Shown: positions 16,961 to 24,599 of the stretch, piece after piece
Layout of the letters: each line of letters starts with the position of its first letter
Position numbering within the stretch: the stretch's first letter is position 1
NCBI RefSeq assembly: GCF_003324675.1
Contig: NZ_CP030918.1
Span: 2,430,001 to 2,462,000, forward strand
DNA length: 32,000 nt
From: Paracoccus suum
GTDB taxonomy: Bacteria; Pseudomonadota; Alphaproteobacteria; Rhodobacterales; Rhodobacteraceae
Direction of reading: 5' to 3'
The notes under the pieces: model-generated
Databases searched by the model: none
Told to the model about the DNA's origin: nothing
What the model saw: only the letters and a program-made list of their open reading frames with translations
Translations under genes and position numbers: made by a program

Positions 16961-17987
16961 AGGCGCTTGCCGCATCGCGCGCGGTGGTGGCGTCGAAATC
17001 TCCAAGGTCGGCCGCCAAGGGACGCATGGCCTCGACCACCTGCGGGATCGCCTCGCTCAGCGATCGTCCCTCCGCAATCGCCGCGCGGACGGTCTGCGCC
17101 AGTGCTTCAAGGTAGCTGCGCGTCTCGGCACTGCCTTCGACCCAACCGGCAGCAACCGGACCGTGGCCAGGTACGACATGGTCGGGCGGTGGTTCTGGGG
17201 CCTTTCCGAGCCACGCCAGCCAGCCGATGATCGAGCCGTCCAGAACCGGTGTCGTGCCGCGAAACAGCAGATCGCCGGTAAACAGCGTGCGGCTGGCGCC
17301 GTGCCACGCCGTCAGATCCGCATCGCTGTGCCCCGGCGGCTGGGGGGTCAGATCCAAGCTGTCGCCGCCGAAACCCACTGCCTCGCCCTCAGCTAGCAGT
17401 TTGTCCGGTGCGATGAAGGCGCTGCCATGCCAGGCTGCCTCGCCCAGGGTCTCGCGGTAACCGCTTTCCCACGTCGCGCGCCGCGCCGCGAGCGAGGCTG
17501 GCAGGGCGGCATTCGCGATGACCTGCGCGCCGGCCTCGTGGAACAACTCGGCCCCCAGGCTGTGGTCGGGATGGGCATGGGTCAGGACGACCGTGGTGAC
17601 GGGCAGGGGCGTCAGGCGGCGAATGGCGGCCAGCAGCGCCTCGGCCTCGGCCCGCGTGCCGCCGGGGTCGATGACGGCAACGCCGCGCGGTCCCGTCACG
17701 ACGCCGCTGTTGGCAATTTCCCCATGATTGTCGGCACTGGCAGTGCCCGGCGCGCCCAAATGGACCCACACGCCTGACGCGACCGGCGCCAGCGTCAGCG
17801 TGGGCAACGTGTCGGTGGGAGCGCACCGCTGCCCCTCACCGCGCATCGAATGTGCCGCCAGCCACGGAGAGGCAACAGCGGTCGCGCCAGCTTCGCAGGC
17901 GGCGATTTGCGCATTATCACCCTGCGGCAGCCAGCGTTCGGCGCAGGTGCCGCCCACGGTGCAGGCCATGACGAGCAGATGAAACAT
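16938..17987 (-). CDS. metallo-beta-lactamase fold hydrolase (quinoprotein relay system zinc metallohydrolase type)
   Basis: The 349-aa protein has the HxHxDH motif in VVLTHAHPDHSLG and later HSDAD and PGHGP motifs. The N-terminal ~55 aa contain four Cys. GAGGGGG lies just upstream of ATG 17987. It is divergent from pqqA. Its 3' end overlaps the convergent gene 16130..16960 by 23 bp. Confidence 0.85.
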   Translation of the reverse strand: MFHLLVMACTVGGTCAERWLPQGDNAQIAACEAGATAVASPWLAAHSMRGEGQRCAPTDTLPTLTLAPVASGVWVHLGAPGTASADNHGEIANSGVVTGPRGVAVIDPGGTRAEAEALLAAIRRLTPLPVTTVVLTHAHPDHSLGAELFHEAGAQVIANAALPASLAARRATWESGYRETLGEAAWHGSAFIAPDKLLAEGEAVGFGGDSLDLTPQPPGHSDADLTAWHGASRTLFTGDLLFRGTTPVLDGSIIGWLAWLGKAPEPPPDHVVPGHGPVAAGWVEGSAETRSYLEALAQTVRAAIAEGRSLSEAIPQVVEAMRPLAADLGDFDATTARDAASAFKELEWE

Positions 17988-18123
17988 GCCCCCTCATATC
18001 ACGGGCGCGCCGGCGCTGCCGCCTCTCACGGCTCAAGTGCGACCTTCGACGGATGGACAGGCCCGCGCCGTGGCCTAAGCTGGACGGGCGCCAACAGTGG
18101 CGAGTGCAAGGGGAAGATGACCG

Positions 18124-18216
18124 ATGGCCTGGAAAAAACCCGTTTTGAAGGAAATCGCCTGCGGCATGGAGATCAACATGTACGCCCCGGCCGAGGACGA
18201 GCCCGTCCTTTTCTGA
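18124..18216 (+). CDS. pqqA: PQQ precursor peptide PqqA
   Basis: Below the size cut-off of the ORF track. ATG GCC TGG AAA AAA CCC GTT TTG AAG GAA ATC GCC TGC GGC ATG GAG ATC AAC ATG TAC GCC CCG GCC GAG GAC GAG CCC GTC CTT TTC TGA translates to MAWKKPVLKEIACGMEINMYAPAEDEPVLF. It has the conserved E-X3-Y (EINMY) that is cross-linked to form PQQ. AAGGGGAAG lies 7 nt upstream. pqqB follows directly. Confidence 0.9.
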   Translation: MAWKKPVLKEIACGMEINMYAPAEDEPVLF

Positions 18217-18223
18217 TGCAGTC

Positions 18224-18254
18224 CCGGTCGCGGCGCGCCAAGTCCCGCGGCCGG
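18224..18254 (+). promoter_or_regulatory. stem-loop between pqqA and pqqB
   Basis: CCGGTCGCGG (18224-18233) pairs with CCGCGGCCGG (18245-18254) to give 10 bp, including one G-U pair, around an 11-nt loop. No U-tract follows. Confidence 0.4.
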
Positions 18255-18271
18255 AATCAGGATGGCTCAAC

Positions 18272-19162
18272 ATGCGCCTGATCGTTCTGGGGGCCGGCGC
18301 GGGCGGCGGCCTGCCGCAGTGGAACTGCGGTTGCCGTAATTGCGAGGGGGCGCGGTCGGGGCGGATCGCGCCGATGACGCAGTCCTCGATTGCTGTCAGC
18401 GCGGACGGCGCCACGTGGGCGGTGATCAACGCCTCGCCGGACATCCGCGCGCAGATCGCCGCAACGCCGGCGCTGCATCCTAAAACGTTGCGCGGCAGCT
18501 CGATTGCCGCCGTGCTGCTGACCAATGGCGATCTGGATCACGTGGCCGGCCTGCTGACCCTGCGCGAGGGCCAGCCATTCCGTTTGCTGGCCACCGCGGC
18601 GATTCATGATGTGCTGGCTGGAAACCCGATGCTGAACGCCCTTGATCCGAGCATCGTCCTGCGCGAGGTGATCGCCGTGGAAACGCCGTTCGACCTGCTG
18701 CCCGGCCTGACCGCGCGGCTGATGCCGGTGCCGGGCAAGGTGCCGCTGTATCTCGAAGCGGGACAGGTGGTGACCGACGCCATGGGCGAGGAGACCGTGG
18801 CGGTCGAGCTGACCTCGGGCGGCAAGCGGGCGGTCTATGCCCCGGCTTGCGCGGCCATGCCGCCGATGCTGCGCGCGCGGCTTGCAGGCGCCGATCTGCT
18901 GCTGCTCGACGGGACGGTCTGGACCGATGACGAGATGCCGCGCGCCGGCCTCTCGACCAAGACGGGTCGGCGCATGGGGCATATGGCTGTCTCCGGCGCG
19001 GACGGCAGCATGGCTGCGCTGGACGGAACAGAAATTGGCGACAAGATCCTGATCCATATCAATAATTCGAATCCGCTGGTCGATCCCGACAGTTCCGCCC
19101 GCGCGACCGCCGCGGCCGCCGGCTGGCGCGTTGCGCATGACGGAATGGAGGTCACATGCTGA
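18272..19162 (+). CDS. pqqB: PQQ biosynthesis protein B (MBL fold)
   Basis: The 296-aa protein has MRLIVLGAGAGGGLPQWNCGCRNC, LLTNGDLDHVAGLLTLREG and LIHINNSNPL. Confidence 0.93.
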   Translation: MRLIVLGAGAGGGLPQWNCGCRNCEGARSGRIAPMTQSSIAVSADGATWAVINASPDIRAQIAATPALHPKTLRGSSIAAVLLTNGDLDHVAGLLTLREGQPFRLLATAAIHDVLAGNPMLNALDPSIVLREVIAVETPFDLLPGLTARLMPVPGKVPLYLEAGQVVTDAMGEETVAVELTSGGKRAVYAPACAAMPPMLRARLAGADLLLLDGTVWTDDEMPRAGLSTKTGRRMGHMAVSGADGSMAALDGTEIGDKILIHINNSNPLVDPDSSARATAAAAGWRVAHDGMEVTC

Positions 19163-19902
19163 GCCGCCCACCCCTCGACCGCGAGAGTTTCGAGGCACGG
19201 CTACGGGCCATCGGCGCGGCACGCTACCACGACCGACACCCGTTCCATGCGCTGCTCCACGGCGGGCAGGCGAGTGCCGACCAGGTCCGCGCCTGGGTGA
19301 TCAACCGCTGGTATTACCAATCGCGCATCCCGATGAAGGACGCGGCTTTCATGTCGCGCGTGACCGACCCGGCCTTGCGCCGCGCCTGGCGCTCGCGGAT
19401 CGAGGATCATGACGGTGGTCTGGACGAGGGCGGCGGCCTGCGCCGTTGGCTGCGATTGGCCGAGGCGGTGGGCCTCGACCCGGGCTACGTCGCCAGCGGT
19501 GCGGGCGTGATGCCGGCGACGCGTTTCGCAGTCGATGCCTATGTCCGCTTCGTGCGCGACATGCCCTTGCTGGACGCCGTTGCCTCGTCTCTGACCGAGA
19601 TGTTCGCCCCGAAAATTCATGCCGAACGTATCGAAGGGCTTCTGCAACATTATGATTTCGCGGATGAAACGGCGCTCAGCTATTTTCGCACCCGGCTTGC
19701 CGAGGCACCGCGCGACGTTGCCTTCGGGCTGCGCCATGTCCTCGATCACGCCGATACGGCGGAAAAGCAGGACGCGGCGGCCGATGCGCTGACCTTCAAG
19801 ACCGACGTGCTGTGGGCGCAACTGGACGCCCTTTGGTCGGGCTATGTCGAGCCCGGCCGCATCCCGCCGGGCGCCTGGCAACCGGGCGAGGGATTGCGAT
19901 GA
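19156..19902 (+). CDS. pqqC: pyrroloquinoline-quinone synthase
   Basis: The 248-aa protein has RYHDRHPFHALLHGG...WVINRWYYQSRIPMKDAAFMSR...RRWL. It overlaps the pqqB end by 7 nt. Confidence 0.95.
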   Translation: MLSRPPLDRESFEARLRAIGAARYHDRHPFHALLHGGQASADQVRAWVINRWYYQSRIPMKDAAFMSRVTDPALRRAWRSRIEDHDGGLDEGGGLRRWLRLAEAVGLDPGYVASGAGVMPATRFAVDAYVRFVRDMPLLDAVASSLTEMFAPKIHAERIEGLLQHYDFADETALSYFRTRLAEAPRDVAFGLRHVLDHADTAEKQDAAADALTFKTDVLWAQLDALWSGYVEPGRIPPGAWQPGEGLR

Positions 19903-20213
19903 CGGACGCGCAAACCCTCAAGCTCGACCCACATGCCGTGCCCTGGCTGCCGCGCGGTGTGCGCCTTGCCGAGGACAAGGTGCGGGGCATGCGCGTTCTG
20001 CTCGGTCCTGAGCGGGCGATGCAACTGGATGAGGTGGGGGACGCGATCCTGACCTCGCTCGACGGACGGCGCAGCGTGGCCCAGATCGCCGGCGATCTGG
20101 GCGCCCGCTTTGGCGCGCCGCCGGCCGAGGTTCTGCCCGACGTGTCCGAGTTTCTGTCCGGCCTGATCGAGCGCCGGTTGGTGTTCACAACCCCGGACAA
20201 ACCATGGACGTGA
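19899..20213 (+). CDS. pqqD: PQQ biosynthesis peptide chaperone PqqD
   Basis: ATGA overlap with pqqC (19899-19902). The track start 19812 lies inside pqqC. The 104-aa protein has LPRGVRLAEDKVRGMRVLLGPERAMQLDEVGDAILTSLDGRRSVAQIAGDL. Confidence 0.9.
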   Translation: MTDAQTLKLDPHAVPWLPRGVRLAEDKVRGMRVLLGPERAMQLDEVGDAILTSLDGRRSVAQIAGDLGARFGAPPAEVLPDVSEFLSGLIERRLVFTTPDKPWT

Positions 20214-21355
20214 TCTCAACCCAGCCGTGCGACATCGACGGCAACCGGGTTGCCGTCCGGCCGCCCATGGCGATGCTGGCCGAGATCACGCACCGCTGCC
20301 CGCTGGCCTGCCCCTATTGCTCGAATCCGTTGCAACTATCGGCAGCAAGTACCGAAATCAACGCGAATACCTGGATGCGCGTATTTCGCGAAGCGGCGGC
20401 GATTGGCGTTCTGCAGGTGCATATCTCTGGCGGCGAGCCAGCCTCGCGCCGCGACCTGGAGGAGATTTGCGCCGGCGCGCGCGAAGCTGGCCTCTACGTG
20501 AACCTCATCACCTCGGGCGTCGGCCTGACCGAGGCGCGGGTGCGGGCGCTGGATGCGGCCGGGGTAGATCATGTCCAACTGTCTGTGCAGGGTGTGAACG
20601 CCGCCATGTCGGACTGGATCGGCGGCTATCGCGGCGGCTTTGCGCGCAAGATGCAGGCGGCCGAATGGATCGTCGCGGCCGGGCTGCCGCTGACGCTGAA
20701 TGCCGTGGTGCATCGCCAGAACATCGACGACCTGCCGCAGGCCATCGCCATGGCAGAGGCGCTGGGCGCGCGACGGATCGAGGTTGCGACCGTCCAGTTC
20801 CACGGCTGGGCCGAGCTGAACCGGCCCATGCTGATGCCGACCGAGGCGCAGGCCCGCACCGCTCGGGAAGTGGTCGATGCCGCGCGCGTAAGGCTGCGCG
20901 GCCGAATGGTGGTCGATTACGTCCCGGCCGATCACCACGCGCGCTATCCCAAGGCCTGCATGGGCGGCTGGGGCTCGACCGGGCTGAACGTGACGCCCGA
21001 CGGCACCGTCCTGCCGTGCCATGCCGCGCAGACCATCCCGCACCTGAGTTTTCCCAATGTTCGCGAGGCCTCGCTGGCCGAGATCTGGGAGCAATCGCCT
21101 GCCTTCAACGCCTATCGCGGCACCGGCTGGATGGCCGAGCCCTGCGCCTCCTGCCCGCGCAAGGAAGTCGATTTTGGCGGCTGCCGCTGCCAGGCGATGC
21201 GGCTTGCCGGGGATGCGCGGGCGACCGACCCGGTGTGCATCCTATCGCCCCTCCACGCCGAACTCGCGGCGAGGGTCGCCGCCGAGGTCGCGGCGCCAGA
21301 GGTATCGGGATTCACGTGGCGGCGGATGCCGCGCCCCGTTCGGGAGGATGCCTGA
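20204..21355 (+). CDS. pqqE: PqqA peptide cyclase, radical SAM/SPASM enzyme
   Basis: CX3CX2C motif CPLACPYC (20297-20320). C-terminal SPASM Cys cluster (CASCPRKEVDFGGCRCQA...DPVC). It overlaps pqqD by 10 nt. Confidence 0.95.
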   Translation: MDVISTQPCDIDGNRVAVRPPMAMLAEITHRCPLACPYCSNPLQLSAASTEINANTWMRVFREAAAIGVLQVHISGGEPASRRDLEEICAGAREAGLYVNLITSGVGLTEARVRALDAAGVDHVQLSVQGVNAAMSDWIGGYRGGFARKMQAAEWIVAAGLPLTLNAVVHRQNIDDLPQAIAMAEALGARRIEVATVQFHGWAELNRPMLMPTEAQARTAREVVDAARVRLRGRMVVDYVPADHHARYPKACMGGWGSTGLNVTPDGTVLPCHAAQTIPHLSFPNVREASLAEIWEQSPAFNAYRGTGWMAEPCASCPRKEVDFGGCRCQAMRLAGDARATDPVCILSPLHAELAARVAAEVAAPEVSGFTWRRMPRPVREDA

Positions 21356-22131
21356 TGCGCCTTGCCCTGAGCCTTTGCCTGCTGCTTGCCCAGCCCGCGG
21401 TGGCGGATGTGCAGAATCCCTTGCAACCCTCTGAAGCATGGCCGGATATTCGCGACACCCTGATCGCGGACGCGCCTGACCCACCGATTGATCCGGGCCA
21501 GTTGTTGCTGGACGCCCCGGCCCGTGCGGATGATCCGGCGGTGGTGCCGATCCACCTGACCCAGCCGCCGGGCGCTGCCCCGATCGAGCGGCTGGTGCTG
21601 GTGATAGACAACAACCCGGCACCGGTTGCCGCCGACTTTACCTTCGGCACCGCGCTGATGCCGCTGGACATGGAAGTCCGGGTCCGCGTCAACGCCTATT
21701 CCGATGTCCGGGCCGTCGCATGGCTGAAGGATGGACGGCAGGTCATGGCGGGGCGGTTCGTCAAGGCCTCGGGCGGGTGTGCGGCCCCGGCGTCGAAGGA
21801 CCCGAAGGCGGCTGCGGCCGAGATGGGGCAGATGCGGCTGAAGGCAGCGCCAGCCGACGACGGGCGCACCATGGCGACGCTGATGATTCGCCATCCGATG
21901 AGCAGCGGCTTGCAGCGCGATCAGGTCACGCTGCTCGATATTCCCGCCATGTTCATCGACCGGATGGAAGTCCGGCAGGGTGACGCCCCCTGGCTGACGA
22001 TGAGCGCGGGGATCTCGGTCGCCGAGGACCCGGTGTTCCGATTTGCGGTGACGCCCGGCACGGGCCCGGTCACTGTCCATGCCGAGGATACCGACGGCCA
22101 TCAGTTCGACCAGGCGCTCACCCTGAACTGA
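21355..22131 (+). CDS. fused SoxY/SoxZ-like carrier protein (quinoprotein dehydrogenase-associated SoxYZ-like carrier)
   Basis: This is the C-terminal 258 aa of track ORF 20227..22131, whose upstream part is an out-of-frame overlap with pqqE. ATG 21355 overlaps the pqqE stop (TGATG). Signal peptide MRLALSLCLLLAQPAVA/DV. KASGGC places the GGC at 21772-21780 (Cys142) at the end of the SoxY-like half. A SoxZ-like half follows (TMATLMIRHPMSSGLQRDQVT...VEDPVFRFAV). Confidence 0.8.
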   Translation: MRLALSLCLLLAQPAVADVQNPLQPSEAWPDIRDTLIADAPDPPIDPGQLLLDAPARADDPAVVPIHLTQPPGAAPIERLVLVIDNNPAPVAADFTFGTALMPLDMEVRVRVNAYSDVRAVAWLKDGRQVMAGRFVKASGGCAAPASKDPKAAAAEMGQMRLKAAPADDGRTMATLMIRHPMSSGLQRDQVTLLDIPAMFIDRMEVRQGDAPWLTMSAGISVAEDPVFRFAVTPGTGPVTVHAEDTDGHQFDQALTLN

Positions 22132-22207
22132 GCCGGACACGCCGTTGCGGCGGGCGCCCCTAATGGCTACGTCATGGCGCCAAAGGCACCAGCAGCGAGG
22201 GGCGCGC

Positions 22208-22807
22208 ATGTTCACCGGGATCGTCACCGCCATCGGCACCGTTCGCGCCGTCGAGTTGCGCGGCGACATGCGCGCGCGGATCGGATGCGGCTATGACATG
22301 GAGGGCGTAGCCCTCGGCGCTTCGATCGCCTGCGACGGTGTCTGCCTGACTGTCGTGGGCAAGGGCGAGGACTGGTTCGACGTCGACATCTCTGCCGAGA
22401 CGCTGGCGCGCACCAATATCGGCGCGAATGGCTGGGCGGTCGGGCAGCACCTGAACCTTGAACGGGCGCTGCGGCTCGGTGACGAGTTGGGGGGCCATAT
22501 CGTAAGCGGCCATGTCGACGGCGTCGCGGTGATCGAGGCGATGGTGCCGGAGGGCGACAGCCTGCGCCTGAGCTTCCGCGCGCCGCCCGATCTGGCGCGG
22601 TTCATCGCCACCAAGGGCTCGGTCGCGCTGAACGGCACCTCGCTGACGGTGAATGAGGTCGAGGGCGCGACGTTCGGCGTCAACCTGATCCCGCATACGC
22701 GGCAGGTCACCACTTGGGGCGAGGCGCGCGTCGGCGATGCCGTCAACCTCGAGGTCGACACCATGGCGCGCTATGTCGCCCGGCTGGCCGAGGCGGCGCA
22801 GGGCTGA
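22208..22807 (+). CDS. ribE: riboflavin synthase (alpha chain)
   Basis: The protein starts MFTGIVTAIGTV, with a second lumazine-binding repeat GGHIVSGHVDGVA and NLIPHT. GAGGGG SD lies 6 nt upstream of ATG 22208. The track start 22145 adds 21 non-homologous residues. Confidence 0.92.
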   Translation: MFTGIVTAIGTVRAVELRGDMRARIGCGYDMEGVALGASIACDGVCLTVVGKGEDWFDVDISAETLARTNIGANGWAVGQHLNLERALRLGDELGGHIVSGHVDGVAVIEAMVPEGDSLRLSFRAPPDLARFIATKGSVALNGTSLTVNEVEGATFGVNLIPHTRQVTTWGEARVGDAVNLEVDTMARYVARLAEAAQG

Positions 22808-22827
22808 GCCCCCGCGCCGACTGACGG

Positions 22828-23631
22828 TCACTCGCGCCAGTTCTCGGCGATCCAGTCGGCCTTGCGGTGGAAATGACGCAGGTGCGAGAGCAGCTTTTCC
22901 TGCCGCCGGCCGTCAAAGGTGGCGCGCAGGTGGTCGGCCGCGCCCGTACGCAGCGGATGGCGCCCCGACCAGCGGCCCTGCAGCGCGTCCTTGGGGTCGG
23001 TCCCGCCGGGAAAGATCACCACTTTCGTACCGCGCGGCGGCTGCGGCGCCAGCATGTAGTTCAGCGGAAAGCCCGGCACGCAGTGCCACCGGAAATGCGC
23101 CACCCAGCCGCGAGGCCAGAACCGCACCCCACCGGGGGCATTGCGCGTCACGAAACGCTGCTCGTAGCGATATTTGTCGGCGATGCCCTGCGGATCGGCC
23201 GCAAAGATGCCCTGCAACGGCTGCAGCGCGCCGACGGTCATGCGATAGAGCGAGGTCTGGCCCAACCGCTCGAACGGCGTGTTCGGGTTGCGGGCGAGGA
23301 TGAAGTCCTCGGGCCGGCCGTAGTCGAAGAACCCGTCGAGATTGCCCGTGACGATGATGTCGAGGTCCATGAACAGGACCACGCCAGTGATGTCCCCCAA
23401 ATCCCCCCAGAGCCGCGATTTTGGCCATTTGCCGCGTGTGTTCCTGGGCGCTTCATAGGCGAAATCGGGCAGGGGGCGGACCTCGGCCTCCGGGCGCAGG
23501 CCCGCGTCGCTGTCGGTAAAGCAGATCAGCCGGAATGGCGGGGTGATGTTGCGCGCGATGCCGCCATACAGGCGATTGACATGCTCGGGGCCATATTTGT
23601 CGCCCCATTTGATGCAGATGATCTGTTTCAT
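22828..23631 (-). CDS. conserved hypothetical protein, probable glycosyltransferase (DXD motif)
   Basis: The start is set at MKQIICIKWGDKYGPEHVNRLYGGIARNITPPFRLICFTD; ATG 23652 is an alternative. The track start 23814 would run through the rpsD promoter. A DXD-like motif occurs in VVLFMDLDIIVTGNLD. The family assignment is from memory of similar Rhodobacterales proteins and is not verified. Confidence 0.6.
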   Translation of the reverse strand: MKQIICIKWGDKYGPEHVNRLYGGIARNITPPFRLICFTDSDAGLRPEAEVRPLPDFAYEAPRNTRGKWPKSRLWGDLGDITGVVLFMDLDIIVTGNLDGFFDYGRPEDFILARNPNTPFERLGQTSLYRMTVGALQPLQGIFAADPQGIADKYRYEQRFVTRNAPGGVRFWPRGWVAHFRWHCVPGFPLNYMLAPQPPRGTKVVIFPGGTDPKDALQGRWSGRHPLRTGAADHLRATFDGRRQEKLLSHLRHFHRKADWIAENWRE

Positions 23632-23717
23632 CGCGCGATTGTCGCCTGCCATGCCGGCCGCGACAAGAGGAATGGAGGCGGGCGGTCCAGGGCGCGCCAA
23701 CGCGCGACCTCTGGCGC

Positions 23718-23745
23718 TTGACACCGCGGCGCACCCCTTTATAAG
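23718..23745 (+). promoter_or_regulatory. sigma-70-type promoter of rpsD
   Basis: TTGACA (23718-23723), then a 16-nt spacer, then TATAAG (23740-23745). It lies about 100 nt upstream of the rpsD GTG. Confidence 0.55.
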
Positions 23746-23848
23746 CCCGCCCTTCATTGGTGTTGGTGGACCCCGCAAGGGGAAACCTGTCGCCCGTTCG
23801 CGGGAAAAGGACAACGCCCTTCTGAAACGCTAAGAAGGAGATCAGCGC

Positions 23849-24469
23849 GTGACCAAACGCACCGCTGCCAAGTACAAGATTGACCGCCGGATGGGCGAGA
23901 ACATCTGGGGCCGGGCGAAATCGCCCATCAACAAGCGCGAATATGGCCCCGGCCAGCACGGCCAGCGTCGCAAGAACAAGCTGTCGGACTTCGGCACCCA
24001 GCTGCGCGCCAAGCAGAAGCTCAAGGGCTACTACGGCGATCTGACCGAAAAGCAGTTCCGCCGCATCTACACCGAGGCCGAGCGCCTGCGCGGCGACACG
24101 GGCGAGATGCTGATCGGCCTGCTCGAGCGTCGCCTCGACGCGGTCGTGTATCGCGCCAAGTTCGTGCCGACGATCTTTGCCGCCCGCCAGTTCGTCAACC
24201 ACGGCCATGTCACCGTGAACGGTCAGCGCGTGAACATCGCCAGCTACCGCGTCAAGGAGGGCGACGTCGTCGCCGTGCGCGAGAAATCGCGCCAGATGAA
24301 CCTGGTCATCGAAGCCCAGGGCTCGTCCGAGCGGGACACTCCCGACTACCTGGAAGTCGACGGCAACAAGCTGACTGCGACCTTCGTGCGCACGCCCGCC
24401 CTCGGCGACGTGCCGTACGCAGTCCAGATGGAACCGAACCTGGTCGTCGAATTCTACGCCAAGAACTGA
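23849..24469 (+). CDS. rpsD: 30S ribosomal protein S4
   Basis: The 206-aa protein [22 protein letters not shown]...[10 protein letters not shown]...[47 protein letters not shown] has a GTG start. [12 protein letters not shown] lies 7 nt upstream. Confidence 0.97.
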   Translation: MTKRTAAKYKIDRRMGENIWGRAKSPINKREYGPGQHGQRRKNKLSDFGTQLRAKQKLKGYYGDLTEKQFRRIYTEAERLRGDTGEMLIGLLERRLDAVVYRAKFVPTIFAARQFVNHGHVTVNGQRVNIASYRVKEGDVVAVREKSRQMNLVIEAQGSSERDTPDYLEVDGNKLTATFVRTPALGDVPYAVQMEPNLVVEFYAKN

Positions 24470-24491
24470 TCTTACCGGATTAGCAGGAATG

Positions 24492-24525
24492 GGGCCGCGC
24501 CGAAAGGCGCGGCCCTTTTGCTTTT
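24492..24525 (+). terminator. Rho-independent terminator of rpsD
   Basis: GGGCCGCGCC (24492-24501) pairs perfectly with GGCGCGGCCC (24506-24515) around the loop GAAA. TTTTGCTTTT (24516-24525) follows. Confidence 0.8.
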
Positions 24526-24599
24526 CGCCTGTCTCGCATCGCGCGGCTTTCCAAGCGCCGCGTGCGCCGCTACACCGCGCCCCGACACATGAGGCGCCA

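Noticed and set aside
17958-17987. Possible lipoprotein signal (LVMAC) at the N-terminus of the MBL hydrolase
   Set aside because: Only eight residues precede the Cys, there is no positively charged n-region, and Met at position -2 is atypical for a lipobox. The export route is unresolved.
20227-22131. 634-aa plus-strand ORF covering pqqE and the SoxYZ-like gene
   Set aside because: The first ~376 codons are an alternative frame of pqqE, giving Arg/Gly/Pro-rich sequence with no radical SAM motif. The real gene starts at ATG 21355, which overlaps the pqqE stop.
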